Shown: positions 1 to 10,296, counted from the first letter of the stretch. The stretch is DNA of 64,000 nucleotides from Aquificaceae bacterium (GCA_037925075.1 JAXSNR010000001.1:384001-448000), one strand, 5' to 3'. The notes: generated by a model from the letters alone, not told the origin. Made by a program: numbers and translations.

Positions 1-252
1 CAGTATTCAAAAGCCATAAGGTACGCTCAAATTATGGCTGAGTTGATGAAAAGGGAGGGTAAAAGTTTTAGACTCTACAAACTTCTTTTTAATCCCCTTT
101 GGCACTTTTTTAAGATTTATTTTCTTCAGTTAGGGTTTCTTGACGGTGTGAGAGGGCTTTTGGTGGCTTTTTCCGCCTTCTTTTATACCTTTCTCAAATA
201 CAAGTTTCTTTACGAGCTTGAACTGAAAGATAAGAATCCAAAGCTATGGTAA
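1..252 (+). CDS. Glycosyltransferase family 2, C-terminal part (5'-truncated by window edge)
   Basis: Frame open from base 1; P-x-W-x-FFK-x-Y-F-x-x-x-GFLDG-x-x-G motif typical of the C-terminus of LPS GT2 enzymes. Confidence 0.75.
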   Translation, partial: QYSKAIRYAQIMAELMKREGKSFRLYKLLFNPLWHFFKIYFLQLGFLDGVRGLLVAFSAFFYTFLKYKFLYELELKDKNPKLW

Positions 253-1097
253 GTGTGGTAATTCCAGTTTTTAACGGTGAAGAATACATAGCTCAGGCTA
301 TACAATCTGTACTTGAACAAAGCAAAAAAGTGGATGAGATAATAGTCATAGACGACGCTTCTACAGATAAGACTGGTCAAATAGTAAAAAGCGAGTTCTC
401 TCGTTGGATAAACTACAATCGCAATCACAAAAACATGGAAAGGTGCTATTCAAGAAACTTGGGAGTAAGTATGGCAAAGGGGGAGTACGTTTTTCTCCTT
501 GACCACGATGACCTTTGGGAGAAAAACCATGTGGAAAAGCTTTTGGAAGCCTTAAAAGATGCGGACATAGCCTACAGTTTTCCTAGAACCTTAATAGATT
601 CAAAGGGTAATCTAATAAGGGTTTCAAAAAAGAAACTGCCAGAGGACCATAAGGTTTTAGTTTTTTCTGGTATGGTGGGTTATCCTTCTGCCACAGCCTT
701 TAGGAAAGGGAGTTTTTTAGGCTACAAGGATGAGTTTATGCTTAGAGAAGACTGGGAGTTTTTCATAAGGGCTGTTATCAAAAATCTTAGGGTAAAGGTT
801 TGTGATATAAACACTGTAAAGATAAGAGAGCATGGGAAACGGAGTAGTAAAAATATGAGAAGGTTTTATGAGGGAACTATGGCTATTTACAAAACATACA
901 AGAATTTCATCCCTGAAGAGTACCTGCCATACTTTTTATTCCATGTGGGGGATATATGTATGAGGGCTGGAAGGCTAAAAGAAGGCTGGGGGTTTGTGGG
1001 TAGTGCCATAAGGAAAAAGCCTGAACTTTTGCTATCTGCAAGGAACTGGCTTATTCTGTTAAAAAGGGGATTAAGATTTTGGAGGAGTTATGCTTAG
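246..1097 (+). CDS. Glycosyltransferase family 2
   Basis: VSVVIPVFN, IIVIDDASTD, RNLG, FLLDHDD, EDWEF motifs. Confidence 0.92.
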   Translation: MVSVVIPVFNGEEYIAQAIQSVLEQSKKVDEIIVIDDASTDKTGQIVKSEFSRWINYNRNHKNMERCYSRNLGVSMAKGEYVFLLDHDDLWEKNHVEKLLEALKDADIAYSFPRTLIDSKGNLIRVSKKKLPEDHKVLVFSGMVGYPSATAFRKGSFLGYKDEFMLREDWEFFIRAVIKNLRVKVCDINTVKIREHGKRSSKNMRRFYEGTMAIYKTYKNFIPEEYLPYFLFHVGDICMRAGRLKEGWGFVGSAIRKKPELLLSARNWLILLKRGLRFWRSYA

Positions 1098-1821
1098 CGT
1101 TCGTATGAGGGCGGAACTAAAAGGAGAACATGTATCCGGTGCGGAAAGGCTCATAAAACCGGACCAGCTTGATAGGGTGGTTAAGGAGCTTATAAGAAGA
1201 CCCAAAGCCTACGACAAGATGGTCATAACCCTTGAAAAGGTTGAGCATGTGGATTTAATACCAAAGGCACTAACCATATACAGCTACGACTTTGAGGACG
1301 TGGAGAAATCTCACGCCTTTGCGGTAAAGAAACTTAAGGAGGAAGGCGTGCCAGAAGAGATAGCCCTAAAAGCCCTTGAGCTTCTAAAAAAAGGTCCAAG
1401 CCCAAAGGGTGGAAATATGAGGGGAGCGGTTTTGATGGATATACATGGCGGTGAGAGGCTTGAGCCGGATATGGAAAGAGGTATAAGAACTGTAAGGGTT
1501 GATTGGAAGGACAGGGAGATGGTTAAAAAGCTTCTAAGAGAAAGAGGCTTAAAAAAACCATATTTGGAAAGGCTTCTTGATGCCCTTGCCCTTGCGACGA
1601 AGAACATACACTGTGGCGTTTTAGCGGAGCTGTGTTGGAGCGATGACCCAGACTATACAACGGGCTATGTTTCAGGCAAAAACATAGGCTATGTGAGGAT
1701 AAACCCTATGAAGGAATACCGCGTTCCCATAGGGGGGAGGGTATACTTTGTGAGGAAGGAGGGTTTAGAAAAACTTATAAAGTGTTTGCAGGAGAGGGCG
1801 GTTTTAATTGAAAGCTTATAG
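1090..1821 (+). CDS. bioW: 6-carboxyhexanoate--CoA ligase (pimeloyl-CoA synthetase)
   Basis: SVRMRA..HVSGAER, MRGAVL, AELCWSDDPDYTTGYV, GGRVYF motifs. Confidence 0.93.
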   Translation: MLSVRMRAELKGEHVSGAERLIKPDQLDRVVKELIRRPKAYDKMVITLEKVEHVDLIPKALTIYSYDFEDVEKSHAFAVKKLKEEGVPEEIALKALELLKKGPSPKGGNMRGAVLMDIHGGERLEPDMERGIRTVRVDWKDREMVKKLLRERGLKKPYLERLLDALALATKNIHCGVLAELCWSDDPDYTTGYVSGKNIGYVRINPMKEYRVPIGGRVYFVRKEGLEKLIKCLQERAVLIESL

Positions 1822-1939
1822 TAATATGCTGAAATTCTTATATAACACCAACTTAAAGCCTTATAAATCCTTTGAATTGCAAGCTAATCATCACAAGGTA
1901 TAGAATGTAAAAGAAAACCTTTAAAGGGAGGTAAAAGCT

Positions 1940-3184
1940 ATGAAAAAGGCACTTACTCTAACAGCCCTACTGGGCATGGCCGGACTTTCTTTTGCCACAA
2001 ACGGAGATAATCTTATAGGTGTTTCTCCAGCATCAAGGGGTATGGGTGGTATAGGCGTTGGTATGCCAGTAGGACCCACAGACTCCATCTTTAGAAACCC
2101 AGCATGGATGAGCCATTACAAGGGCTTTAACCTGAGCTTTGGTGGCATACTCTTTATGCCAAAAGTAAAGGCAAAAACCAACGTGACTCCAATGGGTCCT
2201 ATGAATCCTCCTGCCTCCGCGACCAGCGAAGCGGATATGTTTGTAGTCCCAGAGGTGGGCATAGTGCATCAGATCAACAACAAACTTACCTTTGGTATAG
2301 GTGCCTTTGGTGTCTCTGGTATGGGCGTGGACTACAGAAACAAGGACCCAAGGCTAGCCAACATGCACACAACGCTGCAGTTTATGAGGGTAATTCCAGC
2401 CCTCGCCTATAAAGTAAACGATGCTATCGCTCTTTCGGGTGCTCTTCATCTGGCTTACGGCTCACTGGACATGGGTGCAAACATGTGTCAGCCTATGACT
2501 ACCAACTGCTGGAACGCAGGAGGTGGACAATCTCAGACCTATGGCATAGGTGTTCAGCTTGGTATGTCTTACAACATGGCGGACTTTGTCTATGCAGGTA
2601 TCACCTACCAAAGCCCTGTGGCTATGACCTACAAGAGAGTTTTTGACAGCGATGGCAACGGGGTTCTTGAAAACCTCAAGCTTACTCAACCTCAAGAGCT
2701 TGCCTTTGGTTTAGGTGTAAAGCCCATGGATAACCTAAAGGTTGGTATGGACATAAGGTGGATAAACTGGAAGAACGCAAAGGGTTACAAGCACTTCCAG
2801 TGGAAAGACCAGTGGGTCATAGCCCTCGGTGGCGAATACAAGCCCACACAAAAACTAGCTTTGAGAGCTGGCTACAACTACGGAAAATCTCCCATAAGGG
2901 GCGGAGCGAAGAACCCTATGAATGCAAACAACATACCTAACTTCTCCGCACCCTTTAGCGACTTTAACATAGCATGGTTTAACCTCGTAGGTTTCCCTGC
3001 AATAACGGAACAGCATATAACCCTTGGTCTTGGCTACGAATTTACAAAAACCTTTGACATAGACTTGGCATACAAATACGCCTTTAACAAGAAGGTAAAA
3101 GCCACAGACCCCTCAGGAGCTTTCCTCGTAGAAGCACAAAATGCCCAAAACGCCATATCTATAGGTCTTAACTGGAAGTTTTAA
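1940..3184 (+). CDS. OmpP1/FadL/TodX-family outer membrane transport protein
   Basis: Signal peptide, RGMGG..NPA hatch motif, LRAGYNY, C-terminal Phe; SD GGGAGG upstream. Confidence 0.88.
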   Translation: MKKALTLTALLGMAGLSFATNGDNLIGVSPASRGMGGIGVGMPVGPTDSIFRNPAWMSHYKGFNLSFGGILFMPKVKAKTNVTPMGPMNPPASATSEADMFVVPEVGIVHQINNKLTFGIGAFGVSGMGVDYRNKDPRLANMHTTLQFMRVIPALAYKVNDAIALSGALHLAYGSLDMGANMCQPMTTNCWNAGGGQSQTYGIGVQLGMSYNMADFVYAGITYQSPVAMTYKRVFDSDGNGVLENLKLTQPQELAFGLGVKPMDNLKVGMDIRWINWKNAKGYKHFQWKDQWVIALGGEYKPTQKLALRAGYNYGKSPIRGGAKNPMNANNIPNFSAPFSDFNIAWFNLVGFPAITEQHITLGLGYEFTKTFDIDLAYKYAFNKKVKATDPSGAFLVEAQNAQNAISIGLNWKF

Positions 3185-3192
3185 GGCACTTC

Positions 3193-3211
3193 GGGGAGGC
3201 TCTTCCTCCCC
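3193..3211 (+). terminator. GC-rich hairpin after the FadL-like gene, probable terminator
   Basis: GGGGAGG-ctctt-CCTCCCC 7-bp stem just after the stop; U-tract weak. Confidence 0.5.
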
Positions 3212-3219
3212 ACTTAAAA

Positions 3220-3262
3220 GGTGATTAGTCTCATACAAAACCTCATAGCTCTCTGGTAAAAT
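3220..3262 (+). promoter_or_regulatory. Candidate Crp/Fnr-family box plus extended -10 for the ferredoxin gene
   Basis: GGTGA-N6-TCATA at 3220-3235; TGgTAAAAT at 3254-3262. Confidence 0.45.
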
Positions 3263-3291
3263 CCTTTCAAAACTTTTCAAGGAGGTATCCG

Positions 3292-3624
3292 ATGGAATTT
3301 AGGCATGTTTTTGTATGCGTAAACCAAAGGCCACCGGGTCATCCCATGGGCTCCTGTGCGGAAAAGGGTGGAAGGGACATATACATGAAGCTCATGGAAA
3401 AACTGCAAACGGACCCTGAACTCTTTATGAGCACTGCCATAACTCCTACAGGCTGTCTTGGACCCTGTGGTCTTGGTCCCACCATAGTGGTATATCCTGA
3501 TGCGGTATGGTATGGCAATGTAAAGCCCTCAGATGTGGATGAAATAGTCCAAAGCCACCTCAAGGGTGGTCAGCCTGTGGAAAGGCTTGTGGTTTCTAAG
3601 GGCAAACCACCGGGCATGTTCTAA
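3292..3624 (+). CDS. Thioredoxin-like [2Fe-2S] ferredoxin
   Basis: HVFVC..SC..TGCLGPC..GP.IVVYPDAVWYG; SD GGAGG. Confidence 0.92.
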   Translation: MEFRHVFVCVNQRPPGHPMGSCAEKGGRDIYMKLMEKLQTDPELFMSTAITPTGCLGPCGLGPTIVVYPDAVWYGNVKPSDVDEIVQSHLKGGQPVERLVVSKGKPPGMF

Positions 3625-3633
3625 TAGATGGGG

Positions 3634-3876
3634 CTATGTAGCCCCCGGTACTCCTTCTTCTTCAAATTCTATCTCCATCTTTTCTGCTGGTATTATGGTT
3701 GTTATGGCATGTTTATAAACCAGTGTTTGTTGCCTTCCGTCTTCCATAAGAATGGTGTAGAGGTCAAAGGACCTTATCCTTCCCTGAAGCCTCACACCAT
3801 TAACAAGATAGATGGTAACCTTTACCCTTCTTTTCCTTGCGGTGTTTAAAAAAGCCTCCTGAAGCTTGTAAGCCAT
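3634..3876 (-). CDS. hfq: RNA chaperone Hfq
   Basis: LQEAFLN, IYLVNGVRLQG, FD, LVYKHAITT. Confidence 0.97.
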   Translation of the reverse strand: MAYKLQEAFLNTARKRRVKVTIYLVNGVRLQGRIRSFDLYTILMEDGRQQTLVYKHAITTIIPAEKMEIEFEEEGVPGAT

Positions 3877-3879
3877 ATT

Positions 3880-4869
3880 TCATCTCCTCCTTTCCAAAAA
3901 TTCCACAGTGGTATGGTAAAGCCTTTCTGCCAAAAGAATATAATACTCGTAGTTCTCCAACTTTTCAAGAAGTTCCAAAGGAAAAGCGTCAAGCCCGGCA
4001 TAAGCACCTACAAAGGAGCCCACAAGGTATCCTATGGCGTCTGTGTCTCCACCAGCCATTCCACAGGCATTGATACCCTCCCAAAAGGCTTCCAAAGGTT
4101 CATCCACATACCTTAAGAAGATAAAAACAGAAAGGGGCAGAGCTTCAAAGGCGTAGGTGGAGTTTCCTATAAGTCTTATGGCTTCCTCTGTGTCCGCTTG
4201 TTCCTCTAAAAGTTTTCTTATGTTCCATAGGTAGGCTTTGCTTTTTTGGTACTTTAAAAAAGCCTCAAGTCTATCAAGAAGATAGTACCTTTGGATAGGG
4301 TCCCTAAGGTCGAAGCTTTCGAGCAAAAGATAGCTAATCATGGCTGAAACTATGGCACTGGCGTCGTAAACTTCTTTGCTTCTGTGGGTTATCAGGCTCA
4401 CAAGCCTTCCTGCTTCTACCGCAAGATAGGGATTGTAGTAATGGAAAAGCCCTGTTATGGTACATCTGAGAACCCCCTCCACGGAAGAGGATACAAGCCC
4501 AGCCTCCTCAAGGCTTACGCCCGAAGATATAAGGTCAATGGCACTTAGCAATGCAGGATCAGGATACCGGTGGCTTTCTTCTTTGCCTGCCCATTCTCTT
4601 AACTTTTCAAAAAAGTGGTAGGGGTCTATTGCCTTTTTTTCCACTATGCTCTGGGCAAGAAGCACGCTTATGGTGGTCTCATCAGAAGTCTTTTCTGGCT
4701 CAAGCCCTACAGATGGGCTAAGAGGATGAGGCTCCACAAAACCCATAACCCTTCCACCGTAAAAGTCAAGCACATCAACGAAGGGCACATCCTCAAGGCT
4801 TTTCCCAATGGCATCACCTAAGGCACCGCCAAGGATAACACCCTTAAACTTATCAAGGAGTATGTCCAT
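3880..4869 (-). CDS. ADP-ribosylglycohydrolase family protein
   Basis: GGALGDAIG, SLITH, GGDTDAIG motifs. Confidence 0.85.
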   Translation of the reverse strand: MDILLDKFKGVILGGALGDAIGKSLEDVPFVDVLDFYGGRVMGFVEPHPLSPSVGLEPEKTSDETTISVLLAQSIVEKKAIDPYHFFEKLREWAGKEESHRYPDPALLSAIDLISSGVSLEEAGLVSSSVEGVLRCTITGLFHYYNPYLAVEAGRLVSLITHRSKEVYDASAIVSAMISYLLLESFDLRDPIQRYYLLDRLEAFLKYQKSKAYLWNIRKLLEEQADTEEAIRLIGNSTYAFEALPLSVFIFLRYVDEPLEAFWEGINACGMAGGDTDAIGYLVGSFVGAYAGLDAFPLELLEKLENYEYYILLAERLYHTTVEFLERRR

Positions 4870-4881
4870 TTAAACTCATAA

Positions 4882-6489
4882 TTATAGCTCCGATTTGACC
4901 TGAGAGAAGAACTCCCTTACCACCTCACGCCAATCCCTTTGCCCTTCCTCCACCTTATCAAGACCTTGCTCCATCTGACTGGTAAAGGCGTAGTCTATCA
5001 CCCTTGGGAAGTTTTCCTGCAAAAAGTCCATTACCTCAAAGGCTATCTCCGTGGGCTTTAGGTGTCCCTTTTCTTCTACCACATAGCCTCGCTCTTTTAA
5101 GGTTTTTACTATGGTGGCGTAGGTGGAGGGCCTGCCTATACCAAGCTCCTCAAGTTTTTTGATTAAAGAGCCTTCAGTATATCTGGGTGGGGGTTGAGTT
5201 TGTCTTTTCTCAAGGCTTATACTTTTGGGCTTTAAAATTTCTCCCTCCTTTAGGGTTGGCAAGTGCAAAAGCTCTTTTTTCTCTGGGTATATCTTCAAAT
5301 AGCCATCAAAAAGCATCTCTGAACCTACCGCCAAAAACTTTATGTTTTCGCCCCTCTTCTTTTCGTATATGGGCACGATTACCGCCTTCTTTTTCACAAA
5401 TAAGGCAGGACTGGAAAGGCTCGCAAGGGTCCTACTCAGTATAAGCATGTAAAGTTCTAACTCCTTTCCTTTTAGGGGTGGCTTTTTTAAGCCAGTGGGT
5501 CTTATACACTCATGGGCACCCTGAGAGGTTGCCTTTTCTTTAAAGCTTCTGAGCCTTCCCACGTATGCCTTGCCGTAGGCTTTTTCTATGTATCTCATAA
5601 ACTCTTCCGCCTTCTGAGGGTTCATCCTATGGCTGTCTGTTCTTGGGTAGGTTATATAGCCTTCTTCGTATAGCTTTTGGGCTATCTTCTGCACCTGATC
5701 CACGCTCAGCTTTAAAAGACCACTGGCTACAGCCTGAAGGCTTGAGGTTATAAAGGGTTTTGGGGGTTCTTCCCTTTCCTTCTTTTCTTCGTAGCTTATT
5801 ACTTCAAATAGGGCGTCTTTTAGCTTTTCAAGGTAGGGCTTGGCGTTTTCCGGCTTTTCAAACCTGTAATCCCATAGGGCGGAAAACTCCACACCATCCT
5901 TTTCAAAGACCACCTTTATGTAGTAGTACTCCTTCTTTCTAAAAGCCATTACCTCCCTTTCTCTTTCCACTATGAGCCTGAGAGCTGGAGACTGGACTCT
6001 ACCAAGGGAAAGGGTGTTTTTACCCAAAGCCCTCCAAAGATACGGCGACAGCTTGTAGCCTATAAGCCTGTCGAGGACCCTTCTTGCAAACTGAGCGCTT
6101 ACAAGGCTTAGGTTTATGTTGGTGGGCTTTTCTATGGAAGACCTTATACTCTGGGAAGTAACCTCATAAAAGACCACCCTGCTTATGGGCTTTTTTAGTT
6201 CCTCAAGGTCCCTATAAACAAAGTAGGCTATGGCTTCTCCTTCCCTGTCTGGGTCTGTGCCTATGTATATGGCTTCCGCTTTGCGAGCTACCGTTTTTAA
6301 CTTCGCCATAAGCTCCTTCTTACCCTTTACCCACACAAAGGTGGGCTTTATGTTCTCTTCGTCCACGCCAAGCCTGTCCCTTGGCAGGTCTCTTATATGA
6401 CCTAGTGTGGCTTTGACTACCCATCCCTTTCCTAAATACTTGGCTATGGTCTTCGCCTTGGTAGGGCTTTCCACTATAAATAGCCTCAT
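4882..6489 (-). CDS. topA: DNA topoisomerase I (type IA); start corrected to ATG at 6489
   Basis: IVESPTKAKTI, TDPDREGE, GRVQS, ITYPRTD (catalytic Tyr), AHECIRPT, GIGRPSTY. Confidence 0.96.
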   Translation of the reverse strand: MRLFIVESPTKAKTIAKYLGKGWVVKATLGHIRDLPRDRLGVDEENIKPTFVWVKGKKELMAKLKTVARKAEAIYIGTDPDREGEAIAYFVYRDLEELKKPISRVVFYEVTSQSIRSSIEKPTNINLSLVSAQFARRVLDRLIGYKLSPYLWRALGKNTLSLGRVQSPALRLIVEREREVMAFRKKEYYYIKVVFEKDGVEFSALWDYRFEKPENAKPYLEKLKDALFEVISYEEKKEREEPPKPFITSSLQAVASGLLKLSVDQVQKIAQKLYEEGYITYPRTDSHRMNPQKAEEFMRYIEKAYGKAYVGRLRSFKEKATSQGAHECIRPTGLKKPPLKGKELELYMLILSRTLASLSSPALFVKKKAVIVPIYEKKRGENIKFLAVGSEMLFDGYLKIYPEKKELLHLPTLKEGEILKPKSISLEKRQTQPPPRYTEGSLIKKLEELGIGRPSTYATIVKTLKERGYVVEEKGHLKPTEIAFEVMDFLQENFPRVIDYAFTSQMEQGLDKVEEGQRDWREVVREFFSQVKSEL

Positions 6490-6535
6490 GAGAATGTTAT
6501 AATATAAAAAGCCTAAGAAAAAAGAGGAGGTAGTT

Positions 6536-7681
6536 ATGAAGATAACCCTTAGCGTAATAAAGGCAGACATAGGGGGCTATGTAGGGCATTCCTCTGCCCA
6601 TCCCGATGTAGTGGAAAAGGTAAAAGAGATAGGTATAAGGGAAGTGGAAAAGGGAAACCTTATTGATTGCCAAGTGCTTGTTTGTGGTGATGATATAGCC
6701 CTTGTGATGACACATCAACATGGTGTGGACAGTGAACTGGTGCATGGCATAGCATGGAGAGCCTTTGAAGAGGGAACGGAGGTAGCCAAAAGGCTCAAGC
6801 TTTATGGAGCAGGTCAAGACCTTCTTTCTGATACCTTTTCAGGAAATATAAAGGGCATGGGTCCGGGCGTGGCGGAGATGGAGTTTGAAGAAAGACCTTC
6901 AGAGCCCGTAATAGTTTTCTTTGCGGACAAGACAGCACCCAGTGCTTGGAGCTTGCCTCTCTATGAGATGTTTGCGGACCCAATGGTCTGTGCGGGCCTT
7001 GTTATAGACCCAAAGATGCACGACGGCTTTACCTTTGAGGTGCTTGACACCTTTACCGGCAAGGCGGTAAGGCTTTCTACCCCCGCAGAACTTTATGATC
7101 TTCTTGCTCTAATAGGAACGGTGGAACGTTATGCGGTCAAAAGCGTCTGGAGAAACTCCGATGGTGAGATAGGTGCGGTTGCATCCACTCAAAGGCTTTC
7201 CCTTATAGCGGGCAAATATGTGGGAAAGGATGACCCGGTTATGATAGTAAGGTCTCAGTCGGGCTTTCCTGCCATAGGTGAAATTCTTGAGCCCTTTGCA
7301 AGGCCTTGGATAGTGGAAGGATGGATGAGAGGATCCCACAACGGACCTCTTATGCCCGTATCCTTCAAAAATGCGACACCTTCAAGGTTTGACGGACCTC
7401 CAAGGGTAATAGCGGCAGGCTATCAGATAGCCAACGGAAAACTCATAGGTCCGAGAGACCTCTTTGACGACCCAGCCTTTGATAAGGCAAGGGAGCAAGC
7501 CCAGATTATAGCGGACATACTCAGGCGTCAAGGCATCTTTGAACCCCACAGACTGCCCTCTGAAGAAATGGAATACACAACCCTTCCCAAAATACTCAAA
7601 AAGCTTGAAGGCAGGTTTTATGAGCTTGAAGAGGGCAAAAAGGCACCTACCGGTGAAGAACACCACACGGAGACCGACTGA
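6536..7681 (+). CDS. fbp: Bifunctional fructose-1,6-bisphosphate aldolase/phosphatase (class V)
   Basis: SVIKADIGG, LYGAGQDLL, YVGKDDP, GWMRGSHNGP, EMEYTTLP. Confidence 0.95.
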   Translation: MKITLSVIKADIGGYVGHSSAHPDVVEKVKEIGIREVEKGNLIDCQVLVCGDDIALVMTHQHGVDSELVHGIAWRAFEEGTEVAKRLKLYGAGQDLLSDTFSGNIKGMGPGVAEMEFEERPSEPVIVFFADKTAPSAWSLPLYEMFADPMVCAGLVIDPKMHDGFTFEVLDTFTGKAVRLSTPAELYDLLALIGTVERYAVKSVWRNSDGEIGAVASTQRLSLIAGKYVGKDDPVMIVRSQSGFPAIGEILEPFARPWIVEGWMRGSHNGPLMPVSFKNATPSRFDGPPRVIAAGYQIANGKLIGPRDLFDDPAFDKAREQAQIIADILRRQGIFEPHRLPSEEMEYTTLPKILKKLEGRFYELEEGKKAPTGEEHHTETD

Positions 7682-8136
7682 TGGAGAAAATATACAGCAT
7701 AGAGGAAAGGGTTGTCCTTATAGTGGAGGAGTTTTTTACAGACCTATCTTCAAAGGAGCCCTTTCCCTCCCTTCTTTCTGAGTACCGTTTTAGGCTAAAA
7801 TCCAAGTTGGTGGAGCTTATAAACCAGTTTCCCACGGACATGCAGGCAAGGAACGCCAGCTTCGACAGTGCTCTGGAGGGAATACTCAAAAGCCTCGAGG
7901 AAACCATAAATAAGACAAACTTGGAAAACAAGGAAGAACTCAGACGTCTCATAAGAGCTCTTGAAGAGACCAATGAGGTTTTAAAGGAATTCCTTTATGG
8001 CGATAGCATAAGGGATAAATCTTTTCTGTCAAAGGCGTCTGGTAGGATAGGCAACTGGGTAGAGAGCCTTAGTATGGAATTTAAAAGAAGGTTTGGGGGG
8101 CTCATAAATCGTATAAAATCCCTTTTTGGTAGATGA
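7681..8136 (+). CDS. Hypothetical protein (helical)
   Basis: Overlaps the fbp stop and the downstream start; typical codon usage. Confidence 0.75.
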   Translation: MEKIYSIEERVVLIVEEFFTDLSSKEPFPSLLSEYRFRLKSKLVELINQFPTDMQARNASFDSALEGILKSLEETINKTNLENKEELRRLIRALEETNEVLKEFLYGDSIRDKSFLSKASGRIGNWVESLSMEFKRRFGGLINRIKSLFGR

Positions 8137-8858
8137 TTCCCTTTCTTGTGGTCTTCTTTGCTTGGTTTTTTCAGTCCATAACTGGCTTTGGTGCGGGTAT
8201 ATTCATAATAGGAATACTTTCGCTTTTTTACGACCCCAAAATGGTAGTTGTGTCTTCCGCCATATTCAACCTCTTTGGGACCTTGAGCCTTCTTTATCAA
8301 AACAGAAGGGGTAGCGTGGATTTAGGTATGCTTTTTTCTTTAATAGCCGGTTCAATACCTGGTATACTTCTGGGTGCCTATCTTCTTGACACAGTGGACA
8401 CAAAAACCTTAAAGATGATCATAGGCATCTTTATCCTCGCTCTTGGTTTTTACAACCTATTGGTTCAAAAGGGTCTTTTTAAGATAAGGCTTGCTAGACA
8501 GATGGGGCTTCCAGTGGGTTTTCTGGGTGGCCTTTTTGCAGGTCTTGTGGGTATGGGAGGACCACCTCCCCTTGTTTTCCTTAGCCAGCATCTTTCGGAC
8601 CCATCCTCCATAAGGCTCATGTTGAACCTGTATTTCACCTCCAACATAATAATAAGGCTTGGCTTTTACCAAGGCTTTGATCTGGTTTCTCTTGATTGGG
8701 GGTTTATAGCCACGGGGATTGGGGGGCTAATTTTTGGAACCTTAGCGGGGGGCATCTTAGCCCGGAGAGTCTCTTCAAGGGCGTATTCCTCTGGGGTCTC
8801 TTTTGCGGTGCTTTTGTTGGGTGTAATGCTTCTAATCATGGCAGAGCTTGACTTATAA
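8133..8858 (+). CDS. Sulfite exporter TauE/SafE family membrane protein
   Basis: Multi-TM; GFGAG and GLVGMGGPP repeated motifs. Confidence 0.85.
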   Translation: MIPFLVVFFAWFFQSITGFGAGIFIIGILSLFYDPKMVVVSSAIFNLFGTLSLLYQNRRGSVDLGMLFSLIAGSIPGILLGAYLLDTVDTKTLKMIIGIFILALGFYNLLVQKGLFKIRLARQMGLPVGFLGGLFAGLVGMGGPPPLVFLSQHLSDPSSIRLMLNLYFTSNIIIRLGFYQGFDLVSLDWGFIATGIGGLIFGTLAGGILARRVSSRAYSSGVSFAVLLLGVMLLIMAELDL

Positions 8859-8866
8859 TGATTTTG

Positions 8867-9772
8867 ATGAAGGCAGGTTATGTAGCAATAGTTGGAAAGC
8901 CTAATGTGGGAAAGTCCACCCTGCTTAACCAGATACTGGGTACAAAGGTCTCCATCATCTCACCAAAGCCCGGAACCACACGCATCAGGGTGCTTGGTGT
9001 AAAAAACATACCCGGAGAAGCTCAAATAGTGTTTTTGGACACCCCCGGAATATACAGGCCAAAGGACGCCCTCGGTGAGGCCATGGTGCAGATGGCTAGT
9101 AGCTCCCTTGAAGATGCGGACATAATCCTTTTCATGATAGACGCAGAGGATGGCTTTAGGGATGATGACAGACAGGTCTTTGAAAATTACCTTAAACCAA
9201 GGGCGGGCGAAAAGTACCTTTTTCTTGTTATAAACAAGGTGGACAAAGTGGGAGGTGTTGAAAAGCTTTTGCCCCTTGCGGAAGAGCTATCAAAGGACTA
9301 CCCCCAGATAAAGGAAATAATACCCATAAGTGCCCTAAAGGGATATAACATAGATGAACTTTTAAGGACCATAGTTAAATACCTGCGGGAAGGCGAGCCA
9401 CTCTTTCCAGAAGATATGATAACAGACCTACCCTTTAGGCTCATGGCGGCGGAGATAATAAGGGAGAAGGTTTTGCTAAAGGTCCATCAAGAAATCCCAC
9501 AAGGTGTGGCGGTGCTCGTGACAGATGTTTCCGAAGGGACGCATGACCCGAGCGTCCTTGTGGTAAAGGCGGAAATAATAGTGGATAGGGAAAACTACAA
9601 GCCCATAATCATAGGAAAGGGTGGGCAGAGGCTAAAGTCCATAGGGAAGATGGCAAGGGAAGAGCTGGAGCTGATAACCGGCAGGAAGGTATACCTTGAG
9701 CTTTTTGTAAGGGTAAAGCCCGACTGGAAGAAAAGGCCAGAGCTAGTCAAGAGTTTTGGATACACCCTCTGA
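8867..9772 (+). CDS. era: GTPase Era
   Basis: GKPNVGKST, DTPG, NKVD, ISAL, KH domain IIIGKGGQRLK; start 8867 or 8858. Confidence 0.96.
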   Translation: MKAGYVAIVGKPNVGKSTLLNQILGTKVSIISPKPGTTRIRVLGVKNIPGEAQIVFLDTPGIYRPKDALGEAMVQMASSSLEDADIILFMIDAEDGFRDDDRQVFENYLKPRAGEKYLFLVINKVDKVGGVEKLLPLAEELSKDYPQIKEIIPISALKGYNIDELLRTIVKYLREGEPLFPEDMITDLPFRLMAAEIIREKVLLKVHQEIPQGVAVLVTDVSEGTHDPSVLVVKAEIIVDRENYKPIIIGKGGQRLKSIGKMAREELELITGRKVYLELFVRVKPDWKKRPELVKSFGYTL

Positions 9773-9919
9773 AAGCACTATAACCACATCCACCTTTCTT
9801 GGAAGATCCTTTTTAAGGTCCTCTTCTCTTTCCGCCTGAGCTACCACCAAGCCCTTCTTCAAAAGCCTGTCTGTTAGCCTCTTTGCCACCCTTTTGTCTT
9901 TTACATTTAACACCTTCAT
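9743..9919 (-). CDS. Small hypothetical protein (58 aa, MKVLNVKDKRVAKRLTDRLLKKGLVVAQ...), below the ORF-track cutoff
   Basis: ATG overlaps the DUF302 stop (ATGA); fills the gap; open for 58 codons. Confidence 0.7.
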   Translation of the reverse strand: MKVLNVKDKRVAKRLTDRLLKKGLVVAQAEREEDLKKDLPRKVDVVIVLSEGVSKTLD

Positions 9920-10296
9920 AGACTTTCCTCCATTATCTGTTCCATGAGGTCTTCCACTTCCTTGGCTATGTCCTCTAATTCCGGTCTTTCAAACATGGAA
10001 AGCATCTCAGTAGGGGCTATGGTGCTTAGCACCGTTTTGCCATCTTCCTCAAAAATTGCTATCCTACAGGGCATTGCGGTGGATATGTAGGGGTCTGCGG
10101 AGAGCACCTGACTGGCATGCCTTGGAGAGCAAACCTCAACTATTACACATCTGTAGCTTATAGGCACACCTTTGCTTTCCAACACCTTTGAAACCTCATG
10201 AACCGCCATAACTCCAAAGCCCTTTTCCTTTGCCTTTTCCTCAATGGCTTGTCTTACCTCATCAAGGCTCTTTTTGGTCTCATAGCTTATCAACAT
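9916..10296 (-). CDS. DUF302 domain protein
   Basis: KGFGVM..H, IVEVCSP..A, AMPCRIAIFE motif; strong SD. Confidence 0.88.
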   Translation of the reverse strand: MLISYETKKSLDEVRQAIEEKAKEKGFGVMAVHEVSKVLESKGVPISYRCVIVEVCSPRHASQVLSADPYISTAMPCRIAIFEEDGKTVLSTIAPTEMLSMFERPELEDIAKEVEDLMEQIMEESL

